Shown: positions 26,373-35,835 of the stretch, piece after piece
How positions within the stretch are numbered: position 1 is the stretch's first letter
Layout of the letters: each line of letters starts with the position of its first letter
Source of the DNA: a virus
DNA: 64,000 bases
Virus record (IMG/VR): IMGVR_UViG_3300020057_000496
Location: 102,853 to 166,852 of that record
Direction: 5' to 3' (one strand)
Made by a program: the position numbers and the translations under genes
Notes under the pieces: model-generated
Seen by the model: the letters and a program-made list of their open reading frames with translations, nothing else
Told to the model about the DNA's origin: nothing
Database searches by the model: none

Positions 26373-28289
26373 ATGAAATACAATCACACTACACTAATTC
26401 CCGGCGAACAGCCCAATACTAGCGAATTCGCGTGGGTCCCTACTCTTCTCGATAATTCACTACTGGCAAGGGCTGCCATTGATACTGACGAGATTGCTCC
26501 AGTTAGGTTCGAAGATCCGAAGGTTGACCAGCGCTGGACGCAGCTTCGGCAGTTCGGACTTGATCTTCCGGGTAAGGACCTGTCGGTAGATCTTGATGCC
26601 AACAAGCGTATTCTCCTGCAGCGCGGGATGCACCTCCGTCAGGTGATTCCGGCCCCAGATATGGGCGACGGAGTTGTACAGTTTATCGCCGCGACGGAAG
26701 GCATCAAGCGTGACGGTAATATGCTGCTCAATAGTGGCTGGAAGTTCGATAATTTCGCGAAGAACCCCGTATTTCTTTTTCAGCACGACTACTCGCAGCT
26801 TCCGATCGGCAAGCACCTCGCCTGGCAGGTAGACAGCGACGGCGGCAAGCCTGTTCTGCGTATCTGGAGCCGCTTCGTTTCTGCCGACATCTACCCGTTC
26901 GCCGAGCGTGTTCGTATGATGTACGAGAAGGGCTTTCTTCGTGCCGTAAGTATCGGCTGGATTCCACTTAAGTACTCGGCTGTTAAAAACGAAGAAGATA
27001 TCCAGACTGGCTGGCTGTTCGAAGAGAACGAGCTACTGGAAGTCAGCGCTGTTTCCGTCCCCGCAGATCCGGATGCCATTATCCAGGGTATTAACCAGCG
27101 CATCCTGGAGCCTAGTGATATCGAGCAGATGGCTACGTATGTAGATTCTATCCGTGCGTACCGGAACATCGTCCACGTCGTATCGAACATCGATTCGGCG
27201 ATCTCGGCCCGTGCGGAGGTTGAGTCTGATCCCGAAGTCAAGTTGGAACTTGTAGCTGACGAGCCGGTGGTCGAAGTTGTTGTCGAGCCAGCAGCCGTAG
27301 ATGAAGCCGCAGTTGAAACCCCAGTCGAGGCCGTGGTCGAGGCGGCGACTGAGACGGTCGGCGGCGTTGAGGAGGCTTCCAATGAGTCGAATTATCGACT
27401 CAACGCCGAAGACTCCGTAGTTCATTCCTTCCCGGAGTGGACTTCGACGCTTACCGGTATGCGCGATCTACTGACTAGTGGGAATCACGCATTCGGTGGT
27501 GAGCCGTACAGTGCGGCGCGCGAAGACAGGCACAGGGAACTTGTGGCTACGTATGAAAGTGCCGGACGGAAGGCTCCTACTTTTGATGAAGTAGAAACTG
27601 TCTATCAAGTGTCGCGACAGCTCTATAGTCGAGGTCTTGCACATCTAGATAAGTACGAAGCTGCGACTGACGCCGAGCTTATTGAAGGGCTACTCTACGT
27701 CGGAGCCTCATATCCAGATGAACTAGCGGACATTCTCGGCCAGGTCCGTGACGCCGTGGACAGGCTGCACGACACGACCCGTGACTTCTCGTTAGCGGTG
27801 GAGCGTGTTGGTTCGAAAATTTCGAAGGATACACGCAAGTCTCTAATGGAGTGCGACTACTGCCTTGAACAGGCACGTACGCATCTGAAAAAGTTAATGA
27901 CAGCGGCCGACAACCTAGACGACTACGGCGAGAATGACCACGCATCGGCAATTATAGGAGTTGACGTAAGTCGCTACGGATCTGACGAGACAATTCACTA
28001 CGTTCGGCGTGGACTAAAGTCACTGGATATGGTCGGCGAATCGCAGACGTCGGCGCCGCACGTCGAGGGCCGTGTCGTGGGCGACGATTTCATTTTGAAT
28101 GACAGAATCAAGAAGGTAAGGCGTACATTCACCGGCGAACCTGAGCCCGTAAGTGTGGACGACGTCCTGGCGCGAGTGACTCGAATGAAAGCTTCACTAG
28201 CGGAAGAAGTCGTCGCGGACGTGTCCCGGACGAGTCGGTCTGAGTATATTCGTTCCTTGCTACAGAAAATTATCGACTCACAGTCGTAA
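26373..28289 (+). CDS. HK97-family prohead protease with long acidic scaffold-like tail
   Basis: NPVFLFQHD, PIGK, AVSIGW, LLEVSAVSVPADPDA. Confidence 0.9.
   Translation: MKYNHTTLIPGEQPNTSEFAWVPTLLDNSLLARAAIDTDEIAPVRFEDPKVDQRWTQLRQFGLDLPGKDLSVDLDANKRILLQRGMHLRQVIPAPDMGDGVVQFIAATEGIKRDGNMLLNSGWKFDNFAKNPVFLFQHDYSQLPIGKHLAWQVDSDGGKPVLRIWSRFVSADIYPFAERVRMMYEKGFLRAVSIGWIPLKYSAVKNEEDIQTGWLFEENELLEVSAVSVPADPDAIIQGINQRILEPSDIEQMATYVDSIRAYRNIVHVVSNIDSAISARAEVESDPEVKLELVADEPVVEVVVEPAAVDEAAVETPVEAVVEAATETVGGVEEASNESNYRLNAEDSVVHSFPEWTSTLTGMRDLLTSGNHAFGGEPYSAAREDRHRELVATYESAGRKAPTFDEVETVYQVSRQLYSRGLAHLDKYEAATDAELIEGLLYVGASYPDELADILGQVRDAVDRLHDTTRDFSLAVERVGSKISKDTRKSLMECDYCLEQARTHLKKLMTAADNLDDYGENDHASAIIGVDVSRYGSDETIHYVRRGLKSLDMVGESQTSAPHVEGRVVGDDFILNDRIKKVRRTFTGEPEPVSVDDVLARVTRMKASLAEEVVADVSRTSRSEYIRSLLQKIIDSQS
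27954..28073 (+). repeat. 120-bp in-frame copy of terL 23741-23860 inside the protease gene
   Basis: Four mismatches in 120 nt; encodes IGVDVSRYGSDETI..SAPHVEGR. Confidence 0.95.
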
Positions 28290-28483
28290 ATTTGCATCTT
28301 CTTTTTATTATACAATAGTATAAGTCCTAGACGGTAGTCGGCAACCATTTGCAACGATTACAACGTCGAAGATTAACTTAGTCGAATGTCGGCTAGGTAA
28401 GTAGGAATCTTAGTTCATAACAAAATATCTTCGGTCGCCAAGAGCGACGGCGTTGTTGAGACGCGGCAAAGGAGTTGATTACT

Positions 28484-29752
28484 ATGTCTACCAAAGTTTT
28501 TGATATCGATCCAAAGGACAATCTGCACCCAATCATGGAGGCGCTTGAAGTTATCGAGCATGCCCAGAAGGAAAGTGCAAAGAAGCAGACCGAAGTCGCC
28601 GAGACCTCGATCCGCGAAATCGAGTCCGTCAAGGGTGCCCTGGCAGAGATGAAGCAGACGTGTGAGCGTCTGGATAAGGCTCTTCCGAAGGGTTCGAAGG
28701 TTTATCAGGCATCATCGCCTGACAAGACGCGCGGCATGTACAACCTTGGCCGTTGCATTACGGAGGCATGGCGCGTCAAGCAGTACGGCCAGACTTCACG
28801 CGATTTCGCCGAACTACAACGTGATCTAAGTTCAGGCGGTGGCCAGAAGGAAACTTCTGGTTCGGCAACCGGTGACTTGCTCGTTCCGACGATCATCTAT
28901 CCGGACATTGCTCGCCTGATTGGCGAGGCTTCTATTATCCGTCGAGTGGGTACCGTCATTCCGATGAGTTCACTGACGATGAAGCTGCCAACCAAGGGCA
29001 CTGGTCCTTCGGTGTCGTGGCCCAATGAAGGTATTGCTCCGAGCCAGACGTCAGTCGTCCTGCAGGACAAGACCCTTACGGCCAAGACCATGATGGCCCT
29101 GTCTGAGATCACCTCAGAGCTTACGGAAGATTCCGTGGTCGCACTGGAGCCCTTTTTCGCTCGTCTCTTCGCAGAGGCGGTTGCGCAAGAAGAGAACCAG
29201 AAGGCATTCTCTTCGACGACTATCTTTACCGGCGTTGGAACTGACGCTGACGTTACCTTGAAGTACTTCGGTAACTCGATCAGCTCGGGCAAGCGTGCCT
29301 TCTCGGACATCACTCACCAGGACCTCGTTCGGCTACAGTTCGCTGTAGATTCGAAGGTTGTTCACAAGGGTGCGTTCGTTCTTTCTAGTGCAGCATTCTC
29401 GAACATCGTCGGAATGCGCGACACCCAGGAGCGCCCTCTCTATATGACGAGTTGGAATGCCCTGCCTGGAATCGACAATGCCCCGGATCAGGTTCTTCCT
29501 ACCCCAACACAGATCATGGGTCGCCCGGCGTATCTTACCGATACGATGCCGGGTACGTCCAGTAATGTCCAGCTCTTCGCACTCTACGCAGACTGGAGCA
29601 AGTTCGTGTTCGGCGACCGTGCCGAACTGCGAATCGACTGGTCAGACCAGGTGTTCTTCGAGTCTGGCAACCTTGCCCTGCGCGTTCGTGAGCGTATCGG
29701 CATGATCACGGCAATTCCCGGTGCATTCGCGAGACTTTCGACTGCCGTCTAA
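28484..29752 (+). CDS. major capsid protein (HK97 fold, with delta domain)
   Basis: AAGGAG RBS; coiled-coil N-terminus, GDLLVP, ITSELTEDS, IMGRP, YADWS. Confidence 0.93.
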   Translation: MSTKVFDIDPKDNLHPIMEALEVIEHAQKESAKKQTEVAETSIREIESVKGALAEMKQTCERLDKALPKGSKVYQASSPDKTRGMYNLGRCITEAWRVKQYGQTSRDFAELQRDLSSGGGQKETSGSATGDLLVPTIIYPDIARLIGEASIIRRVGTVIPMSSLTMKLPTKGTGPSVSWPNEGIAPSQTSVVLQDKTLTAKTMMALSEITSELTEDSVVALEPFFARLFAEAVAQEENQKAFSSTTIFTGVGTDADVTLKYFGNSISSGKRAFSDITHQDLVRLQFAVDSKVVHKGAFVLSSAAFSNIVGMRDTQERPLYMTSWNALPGIDNAPDQVLPTPTQIMGRPAYLTDTMPGTSSNVQLFALYADWSKFVFGDRAELRIDWSDQVFFESGNLALRVRERIGMITAIPGAFARLSTAV

Positions 29753-29857
29753 CGCCTAGTCGGATTTAACTAAGAGTCGAATTACGACTCACCCCTAGAA
29801 ATGGGTTGGCTCTGGAAACGGAGTCAGCCCATTTCTTTTACAGCCCAGGAGAAATAT

Positions 29858-30007
29858 ATGATTAAACAAGAGGCGCTCGACAAGGCCCCTGCCGCGAAGG
29901 CAAAAGAAAAGAAACTCAAGCCCAAGCTGGGTAAGGTGTACGAATACGTAAAGGGGTCGTCATTCCCGGCCCGACACGGGCGGATCAGTAACGTAGTTAC
30001 TCGGTAA
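29858..30007 (+). CDS. small basic protein downstream of MCP
   Basis: AGGAG RBS plus ATG (alternative start 29801). Confidence 0.45.
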   Translation: MIKQEALDKAPAAKAKEKKLKPKLGKVYEYVKGSSFPARHGRISNVVTR

Positions 30008-30052
30008 GAAAGAGTTTCACTTTCTGTTTGAATTGGGCTAGACTGGCGTGAC

Positions 30053-32251
30053 GTGAAGTTACACTGGGCTTTGCCCTTTCGATTCATGGGCGGTAACGCC
30101 GCCGGTTATACCGGTAGCTCTATCAATCTGCGAAATGCGCTTACGGCCGAAGGTGTCGAGTTTACCGAAAAGGCGCGAGTCGTGTTGCATTACTGCCACC
30201 CGGCCGATTGTTTCCCGATCTCGGGGAAAACCAATTTATTATGGTCCATGTACGAAGGTGAACCCTTGCCGCCGATCTTTGCGGCGAAGTTCGCGCGAGT
30301 CCATGCCGTGATCGCGCCGTCGCAGTTCGTGTACGACCTGTTCAAGCCGCATGTCGGCAAGAAGCCGTTGGTGGTCAGTCACATTGGCTTTGACGATTCG
30401 TTGTATACATACAAGGAGCGTAGCTGGGAGCCAGGTAAGGGGCAATTCGAGTTCCTGTGGGTTGGGGCACCTAATCCGAGAAAAGGTTGGCCGGCAACTT
30501 TCTCGTCCTGGGCTCATCTCTTTCAGGATAAGGAATGGGCTCATTTGACCATGAAGACCTCGTCCGAGACTGGCAAAGGGACCTTGCGACATTTTGGTAA
30601 TGCAACGTTCGATTCGCGCCTGTATACACGTGAGGAAATGCGCGACCTGTATCACCAGGCGAATGCTTTCGTCTTCCCGACGGCAGGTGAAGGATTTGGT
30701 CTTTGTGTAGGTTTTTCTACTGAAATTATCACAAGTAACGGCACTGTGGATATTTGCGATATTCGATCAGGGGATACGGTACTTAGTTCAGATGGAAAAT
30801 ATCATAAGGTTAATAAGACCGTATGTAAATACGGGAAAACAATTTCAATAAAAATTACAGGTCAACTACCTGTCGAGGCAACTGAATGTCATCCGTTTTA
30901 TGCCGTTAAGCGGAGGGCTAAAAGGTTTAACGCTAGTGCTAACCCAAGCTCCGTAAATATTGAGTCACTTGCCGGATGGATCAAAGCAAGCGAATTGAGT
31001 AAGGGTGATTTCGTTGCATATCCTAGATATTCCATCAATGAGCCACTTATTAAATCAATTAATATTAAAGATTACCTAGATAACAATAAGCTATATAAGG
31101 AATGTGATAGTTTTATTAGGTGCAAATCGTCACCGTCATCTACCGCCTGGTTTGTTGATCAATATGATAAGATTGGTGAAAGTCGCAAAATTCGACGCCC
31201 AAAGCGCACGTTGGTTAGTAAAAACATAGAAGTTGATGATGATCTTTTATATCTTTTTGGCTGGTACATAGCGGAGGGTTCGTCTAATGGTGGTGTTGGC
31301 ATAGCATATACTATGTGCGGCGATGAATTACGTGATGCAAAATATCTATGTTATTTATTGAATAAGAAATTCAATATACTTCCGGCGATCGAAACTGCTG
31401 GCGGTAATTGTATTAAGGTTAAATCATATAGTAGAATTGTATCACGTTGTTTTAGTCAATGGTTCGGTAGTGGCGCTAAGGACAAGAAGATTCCAGAATT
31501 CCTTATGAATTCTCCACGATCAATGGGTCCCCTACTAAGGGGCCTATTTTTGGGGGACGGCTGTATGACTAAGAATCAAGAATGGTCACTATCTAGTGCA
31601 TCGCGAACATTAGTCTATCAAGTAAGGCTCGTTCTTTCTGCCGTTGGTATTCATTCATCTATGTCGTATAACGAACCCAGAAATAGTTCTTACTTGCGTA
31701 TTTATACGTTACGCATAGCTGGTCAATTTATTGATTCATTTTGTGTATTCACGAAACTTCAAAATCCGCGCGTTTCTAAGCGCACGCCGGCGAATACCGC
31801 TATTGTTAGTAATAAATATATCTTTACTGCAATTAGAAAAATAGACAGTAATACAAAAGAGCAGATAGTCTATGATCTTTCGGTAGAGAAGGAGCATTCG
31901 TTTGTTGGCAACGGAGTGTTATTACACAACACGGCGGCCGAGGCCCTGGCAACTGGTTGTCCGGTGGTGACTACGCGTTACGGCGGACAAATGGAATTTT
32001 TAGACAACGGCGTCGCCTGGACGATTGACTCCGTGTTCGAGAATATCCCGATGACTAACGGGATTGGCTATCTCCGGTCGGCCTGCGCGGACGTGCCGGA
32101 CCTTGGCCGAAAGATGATCGAGATCATCCAGGACTACCCAAAAGCCCTGGAACGCGCCAAACGTGGCTCGGTACGGATGCACGCCAAATTCACTATGCGT
32201 GCCGCAGCGCGTCAACTCCTGAGAAATATACAGCTATTAGGATATGCGTAA
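30053..32251 (+). CDS. GT4-family glycosyltransferase containing an intein
   Basis: RKG, FVFPTAGEGFGL/TAAEALATGCPVV motif split by the intein. Confidence 0.9.
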   Translation: MKLHWALPFRFMGGNAAGYTGSSINLRNALTAEGVEFTEKARVVLHYCHPADCFPISGKTNLLWSMYEGEPLPPIFAAKFARVHAVIAPSQFVYDLFKPHVGKKPLVVSHIGFDDSLYTYKERSWEPGKGQFEFLWVGAPNPRKGWPATFSSWAHLFQDKEWAHLTMKTSSETGKGTLRHFGNATFDSRLYTREEMRDLYHQANAFVFPTAGEGFGLCVGFSTEIITSNGTVDICDIRSGDTVLSSDGKYHKVNKTVCKYGKTISIKITGQLPVEATECHPFYAVKRRAKRFNASANPSSVNIESLAGWIKASELSKGDFVAYPRYSINEPLIKSINIKDYLDNNKLYKECDSFIRCKSSPSSTAWFVDQYDKIGESRKIRRPKRTLVSKNIEVDDDLLYLFGWYIAEGSSNGGVGIAYTMCGDELRDAKYLCYLLNKKFNILPAIETAGGNCIKVKSYSRIVSRCFSQWFGSGAKDKKIPEFLMNSPRSMGPLLRGLFLGDGCMTKNQEWSLSSASRTLVYQVRLVLSAVGIHSSMSYNEPRNSSYLRIYTLRIAGQFIDSFCVFTKLQNPRVSKRTPANTAIVSNKYIFTAIRKIDSNTKEQIVYDLSVEKEHSFVGNGVLLHNTAAEALATGCPVVTTRYGGQMEFLDNGVAWTIDSVFENIPMTNGIGYLRSACADVPDLGRKMIEIIQDYPKALERAKRGSVRMHAKFTMRAAARQLLRNIQLLGYA
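30704..31930 (+). mobile_element. intein (409 aa) with LAGLIDADG homing endonuclease
   Basis: Starts CVGFST, ATECHPF, FGWYIAEG, LRGLFLGDG, ends YDLSV..HSFVGNGVLLHN, +1 Thr; AT-rich relative to flanks. Confidence 0.95.
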
Positions 32252-32299
32252 CCCCGCATAAAACCACACGATTCTCCTCGACCGTTCGAGGAATCCGGG

Positions 32300-32352
32300 T
32301 TACATTACGCAGCGAGCGCAGGCCCCGTCCTTCAGGGCGGGGTAAATGTCAA
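32300..32352 (+). mobile_element. miniature IS200/IS605 derivative (PATE-like)
   Basis: TTAC|ATTACGCAGCGAGCGCAGGCCCCGTCCTTCAGGGCGGGGTAAATGTCAA. Confidence 0.6.
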
Positions 32353-32422
32353 CAGTTGGGACAGTTGTCTAAGTCTTTGAGAACGGCTTTTGTGGAGACG
32401 ACTTGGAAACCGGAGGTGTGGG

Positions 32423-32635
32423 TTGAGGCGGAATGGTGACTCGCGTTGGGGGCCGTACATTAAGTCGATTAGGACGTCCGCGAAGCTTACGCAAGAGCAG
32501 CTTGCGTACAGGCTGGAGGTGACGTTCTCTTCCGTGAATCGGTGGGAGAACGGGCTCTGTACGCCGAACAGGCGCTCCCAGAAGGATATCCGCGCGCTAG
32601 GGAAGGAGTTCTCCGTCGAGGAGGCCGAACGCTGA
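32423..32635 (+). CDS. XRE/Cro-family HTH regulator, paralog of 14495
   Basis: GGAGG RBS; LTQEQLAYRLEVTFSSVNRWENG. Confidence 0.8.
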   Translation: MRRNGDSRWGPYIKSIRTSAKLTQEQLAYRLEVTFSSVNRWENGLCTPNRRSQKDIRALGKEFSVEEAER

Positions 32636-32687
32636 GCCGTAACTCGACTCCTCGCTGAGTCGTAATACGTAAGTTAGTAGGCAAAGG

Positions 32688-32722
32688 AAAGGGTGCGGGC
32701 GGAAGCTCGCGCCCTTTCTTTT
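32688..32722 (+). terminator. rho-independent terminator
   Basis: AAAGGGTGCGGGC-GGAA-GCTCGCGCCCTTT-CTTTT. Confidence 0.8.
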
Positions 32723-32725
32723 GCT

Positions 32726-32755
32726 TTGACTTTCCGTCAAGTACTAGTGTAATAT
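32726..32755 (+). promoter_or_regulatory. putative sigma70 promoter of the GT island
   Basis: TTGACT-N18-TAATAT, 7 nt before the ATG (leaderless-like). Confidence 0.55.
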
Positions 32756-32762
32756 AGCCGCT

Positions 32763-33500
32763 ATGGCCAATAGCGACACTGTCGTACTACTCACCACCTG
32801 GAATCGCCCGGCGCTACTGGCGCAGGCGTTAAGTCACATAACGCGCGAGGCTGCGCTCGTAGGCGCGCCCGTCGTCGTCGTGGACGACAAATCCGACAAC
32901 CGTCAGACGCTTGCCATTCTCAGTGAGGCTAGAGCGCGCGGGACGGACGTGGTCACACGCGAGTGGGCGCGTACGGAGTACGACAACCCCCACTACGCAA
33001 CCGGATTCAACGCCGAGTATGCGTTCCGGTACGCCCTGGACAAGTACGACCCGGAGTTCGTGATCAAGGTGGACGACGACATCGTGCTCGGGGACTTCGC
33101 GTTCGCGAAGCTCCGTGATAGCTACGATGCGGCCGTCACGGAGGGCTGCCAGGTCCTGGCTTGCTCGGGCCTGCAGGGGATCTACGAAGATACCACGATG
33201 GAACGCGATTACTGGCGCTTCTGTCTAGTGGCGACGGCCTGCGCCGCGTGCTGTCTTTATCCGGCGTACTACATGCGGCACTTCCTGGACAATACCCCGC
33301 TAGGTGAAGTCGGAGCAAATGGCTGGGACCACGCATACTTGGACTACCGGAACAAGTGGCACCCGAACGGAGTGTTCGCCAACACGTATCCGAAGAGTGT
33401 TGCTTTTCATGCAGGATTTTCAGGTGTTCACCTATCAGGCGTCGATATCAATCGCAAAAACAAGTTCGACGGCTCGATTGAGGGAGTTGTCACAAATTGA
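32763..33500 (+). CDS. GT2-like glycosyltransferase
   Basis: LTTWNRP, VVVDDKS, KVDDD. Confidence 0.85.
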   Translation: MANSDTVVLLTTWNRPALLAQALSHITREAALVGAPVVVVDDKSDNRQTLAILSEARARGTDVVTREWARTEYDNPHYATGFNAEYAFRYALDKYDPEFVIKVDDDIVLGDFAFAKLRDSYDAAVTEGCQVLACSGLQGIYEDTTMERDYWRFCLVATACAACCLYPAYYMRHFLDNTPLGEVGANGWDHAYLDYRNKWHPNGVFANTYPKSVAFHAGFSGVHLSGVDINRKNKFDGSIEGVVTN

Positions 33501-33605
33501 GATTATGCGAAATTGTGGAGGAATTCCACTGGGGGAAGCTTCCTTCCTCATCTAAGTATCTGCCATACTTAACGGAAGACACGAGATAGGAGATGACCAA
33601 CTAGA

Positions 33606-34721
33606 ATGGCAGACCTGGACAGTATTTACTCACCACTAAAAGCGGCGCATCACTGGGACAGAATCCAGCAGCTTCGCGAAGGTAAGCAGCCAGCCCCCGT
33701 GTTTGTGCAGATCATGATTTCAGATCTTTGCAACCACGACTGCGATTTTTGTGCGTATAGGATGTCTGGTTATACTTCGAACGAGTGGTTTAAGGTGGAC
33801 GATCCAGTTACTGGACTAGTAAGCAATAATCCTAACAGGATGATTCCCTACGAGAAGGTTGTCGAGATCCTTGACGACTGTGTCGCGATGGGCGTCAAGG
33901 CATGCGAAATTACGGGTGGCGGTGAGCCGACGGTGCATCCGAAGAGCCGGGACATCTTTCGTGACGTTATTTCTCACGGCCTGGATGGTGGGCTCGTAAC
34001 GAACGGTATGCTGTTCCGCGAAGGGACTCCGGAAATTCTTTCGAACTTCAAGTGGGTACGGGTTTCGGTAGATGCCGGTACTGCGGAGACTTACTCGCGG
34101 ATGCGGTCTGTCCCGGACCAGTCTTACGCAAGGACTTTATCGAACATTGAGGCATTAGTTCGATGTAAGGCAAATAATCCAGACAGTGAGACAATCGTCG
34201 GAGTTGGCTACGTGGTGACAAAGGATAATTATAATGAAATCCTCATGGCGGTCGAGCGATTTGCCGGGATGGGCGTGGATAATATTAGACTATCCGCAGT
34301 GTTTACACCAGAGAACGCAAAGTATTTCGAAGGGATTTATCAGGAATGCAAGGATATTACCCTGGAGGCCGTGGCTAAGTATTCGCGCCCTGACTTTAAG
34401 GTCTTTAATCTATTCGGAGACAGGCTTGCGGACTTAGAGCAGGGTCGTCCGGATTACAAGAAGTGCCAGTTTATTAACTGGCAGACAATTATTGGTGGTG
34501 ATCAGAATGTATATTTTTGCTGCAACACTGCATATAATCCACAAGGGTTCATTGGTTCGATTAAGAACCAAAGCTTTAAGGCTCTTTGGGAATCTAAAGC
34601 GAAGCGTGATCGTTTTGATGCGTTCGATGCAACTACTTGCGAGCGATGCATGTTCAACCAAAAAAACAAGACGATCGCTTATTTAGTTCAAGCGAAGCCG
34701 GACCACAGTAACTTTATTTAA
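33606..34721 (+). CDS. radical SAM protein with SPASM/twitch domain
   Basis: CNHDCDFC, TGGGEP, VTNG, C-terminal C..GDQNVYFCC..IGSI..CERC. Confidence 0.93.
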   Translation: MADLDSIYSPLKAAHHWDRIQQLREGKQPAPVFVQIMISDLCNHDCDFCAYRMSGYTSNEWFKVDDPVTGLVSNNPNRMIPYEKVVEILDDCVAMGVKACEITGGGEPTVHPKSRDIFRDVISHGLDGGLVTNGMLFREGTPEILSNFKWVRVSVDAGTAETYSRMRSVPDQSYARTLSNIEALVRCKANNPDSETIVGVGYVVTKDNYNEILMAVERFAGMGVDNIRLSAVFTPENAKYFEGIYQECKDITLEAVAKYSRPDFKVFNLFGDRLADLEQGRPDYKKCQFINWQTIIGGDQNVYFCCNTAYNPQGFIGSIKNQSFKALWESKAKRDRFDAFDATTCERCMFNQKNKTIAYLVQAKPDHSNFI

Positions 34722-35326
34722 TGAACGTATTATTTATTCCACCCAAGGACGCCGTTTCTATAGTTCGTTCCAAAGTACGTCCGGTTAATGTCTGCCTGGA
34801 CATCGGCTGTGGGATTCACCCGCAGTCTATCTATGCCCGCCCGGCGGTGGCGCACCACCTAACCGACCCACACTTACCGTATCTGGAAGTTGCCAGGGGT
34901 GCGCGTCCGAACAATGTCGGATGGGTAGAGCAGGCGACGTGGGCCGAGACGGTCCCTTTATTCGCGCACGTGGGACTGGATACCGTATTTATCCTAGATG
35001 TGATCGAACATCTAGAAAAGGAAGAAGGCATGGCGCTGCTTGAGCCGACCGTCGCGCTTGCGACGAGCCAGGTTCTCGTCTTCACGCCATACGGATTCAT
35101 GTTACAGCCGTTACTAGAGGGGCCTGATCCGTGGGGGATGACTACCGGTGGTAACGAGCTGCAAGTACACAGGAGTGGCTGGCTACCGGAGGATTTTGCT
35201 TTCCTGGAGCACGACGGGGTCGTCGTTGATGCCTATGTCGCTGAGGATTATCACACAAAGGGCCCTAGAAATAGTCCACTACCGGAAGGTCCGTACGGCG
35301 CAATGTGGATACATATACAGAAGTGA
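34721..35326 (+). CDS. class I SAM-dependent methyltransferase
   Basis: LDIGCG, DVIEH, FTP, HRSGW. Confidence 0.85.
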   Translation: MNVLFIPPKDAVSIVRSKVRPVNVCLDIGCGIHPQSIYARPAVAHHLTDPHLPYLEVARGARPNNVGWVEQATWAETVPLFAHVGLDTVFILDVIEHLEKEEGMALLEPTVALATSQVLVFTPYGFMLQPLLEGPDPWGMTTGGNELQVHRSGWLPEDFAFLEHDGVVVDAYVAEDYHTKGPRNSPLPEGPYGAMWIHIQK

Positions 35327-35835
35327 CAGACCGAGAAACTTTACTTTCGACCGTAGCAAGAATGGCCGGGTATAGTTCGTACCTGGAACTCGGCCTGTAC
35401 GACGGTACTAATCTATGTGGTGTCCAGACCGGCTCGGGCTGTCTTTCTCGATGTGTCGGGGTTGACATTCAACTGCGCATCCCCGAGCGTCCGGGCATTA
35501 AGCTATTCCAGATGACTACTGATGTTTTTTTCGAACAAAATACCGAACGGTTCGATATGGTATTCATAGATGCTGACCACAACTACGAAAGCACCAAGAA
35601 GGACCTGGCGAACTCACTGAAGATCCTCATTAAAGGGGGAGCTATATTCATGCACGACACGGACCCAATGAACGAAGGACTACTTGATCCTGGGGAATGC
35701 GGGGATAGCTATCGACTAATCAGGGAGCACCTAGTTAATCAGCCGCATCTGTCGCACATTACTCTTCCACTAGAAGGGGCCGGCATGACGGTAATAACGC
35801 GAACAAACGACAGAAGGGTCCTGGATTTTACCTAA
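35323..35835 (+). CDS. SAM-dependent methyltransferase (Methyltransf_24-like)
   Basis: YLELG, GVD, FDMVFIDADH, GGAIFMHD. Confidence 0.88.
   Translation: MTDRETLLSTVARMAGYSSYLELGLYDGTNLCGVQTGSGCLSRCVGVDIQLRIPERPGIKLFQMTTDVFFEQNTERFDMVFIDADHNYESTKKDLANSLKILIKGGAIFMHDTDPMNEGLLDPGECGDSYRLIREHLVNQPHLSHITLPLEGAGMTVITRTNDRRVLDFT

Noticed and set aside
23741-28073. DGR template/variable repeat pair (terL copy)
   Set aside because: Mismatches are T>C, G>T, T>G and A>G rather than adenine-specific, and no reverse transcriptase is in the window.
32300-32387. TnpB omega-RNA with a guide targeting 55945
   Set aside because: The shared 23-mer starts 12 nt after the TCAA end, the proximal bases do not match the second site, and no tnpB is present.
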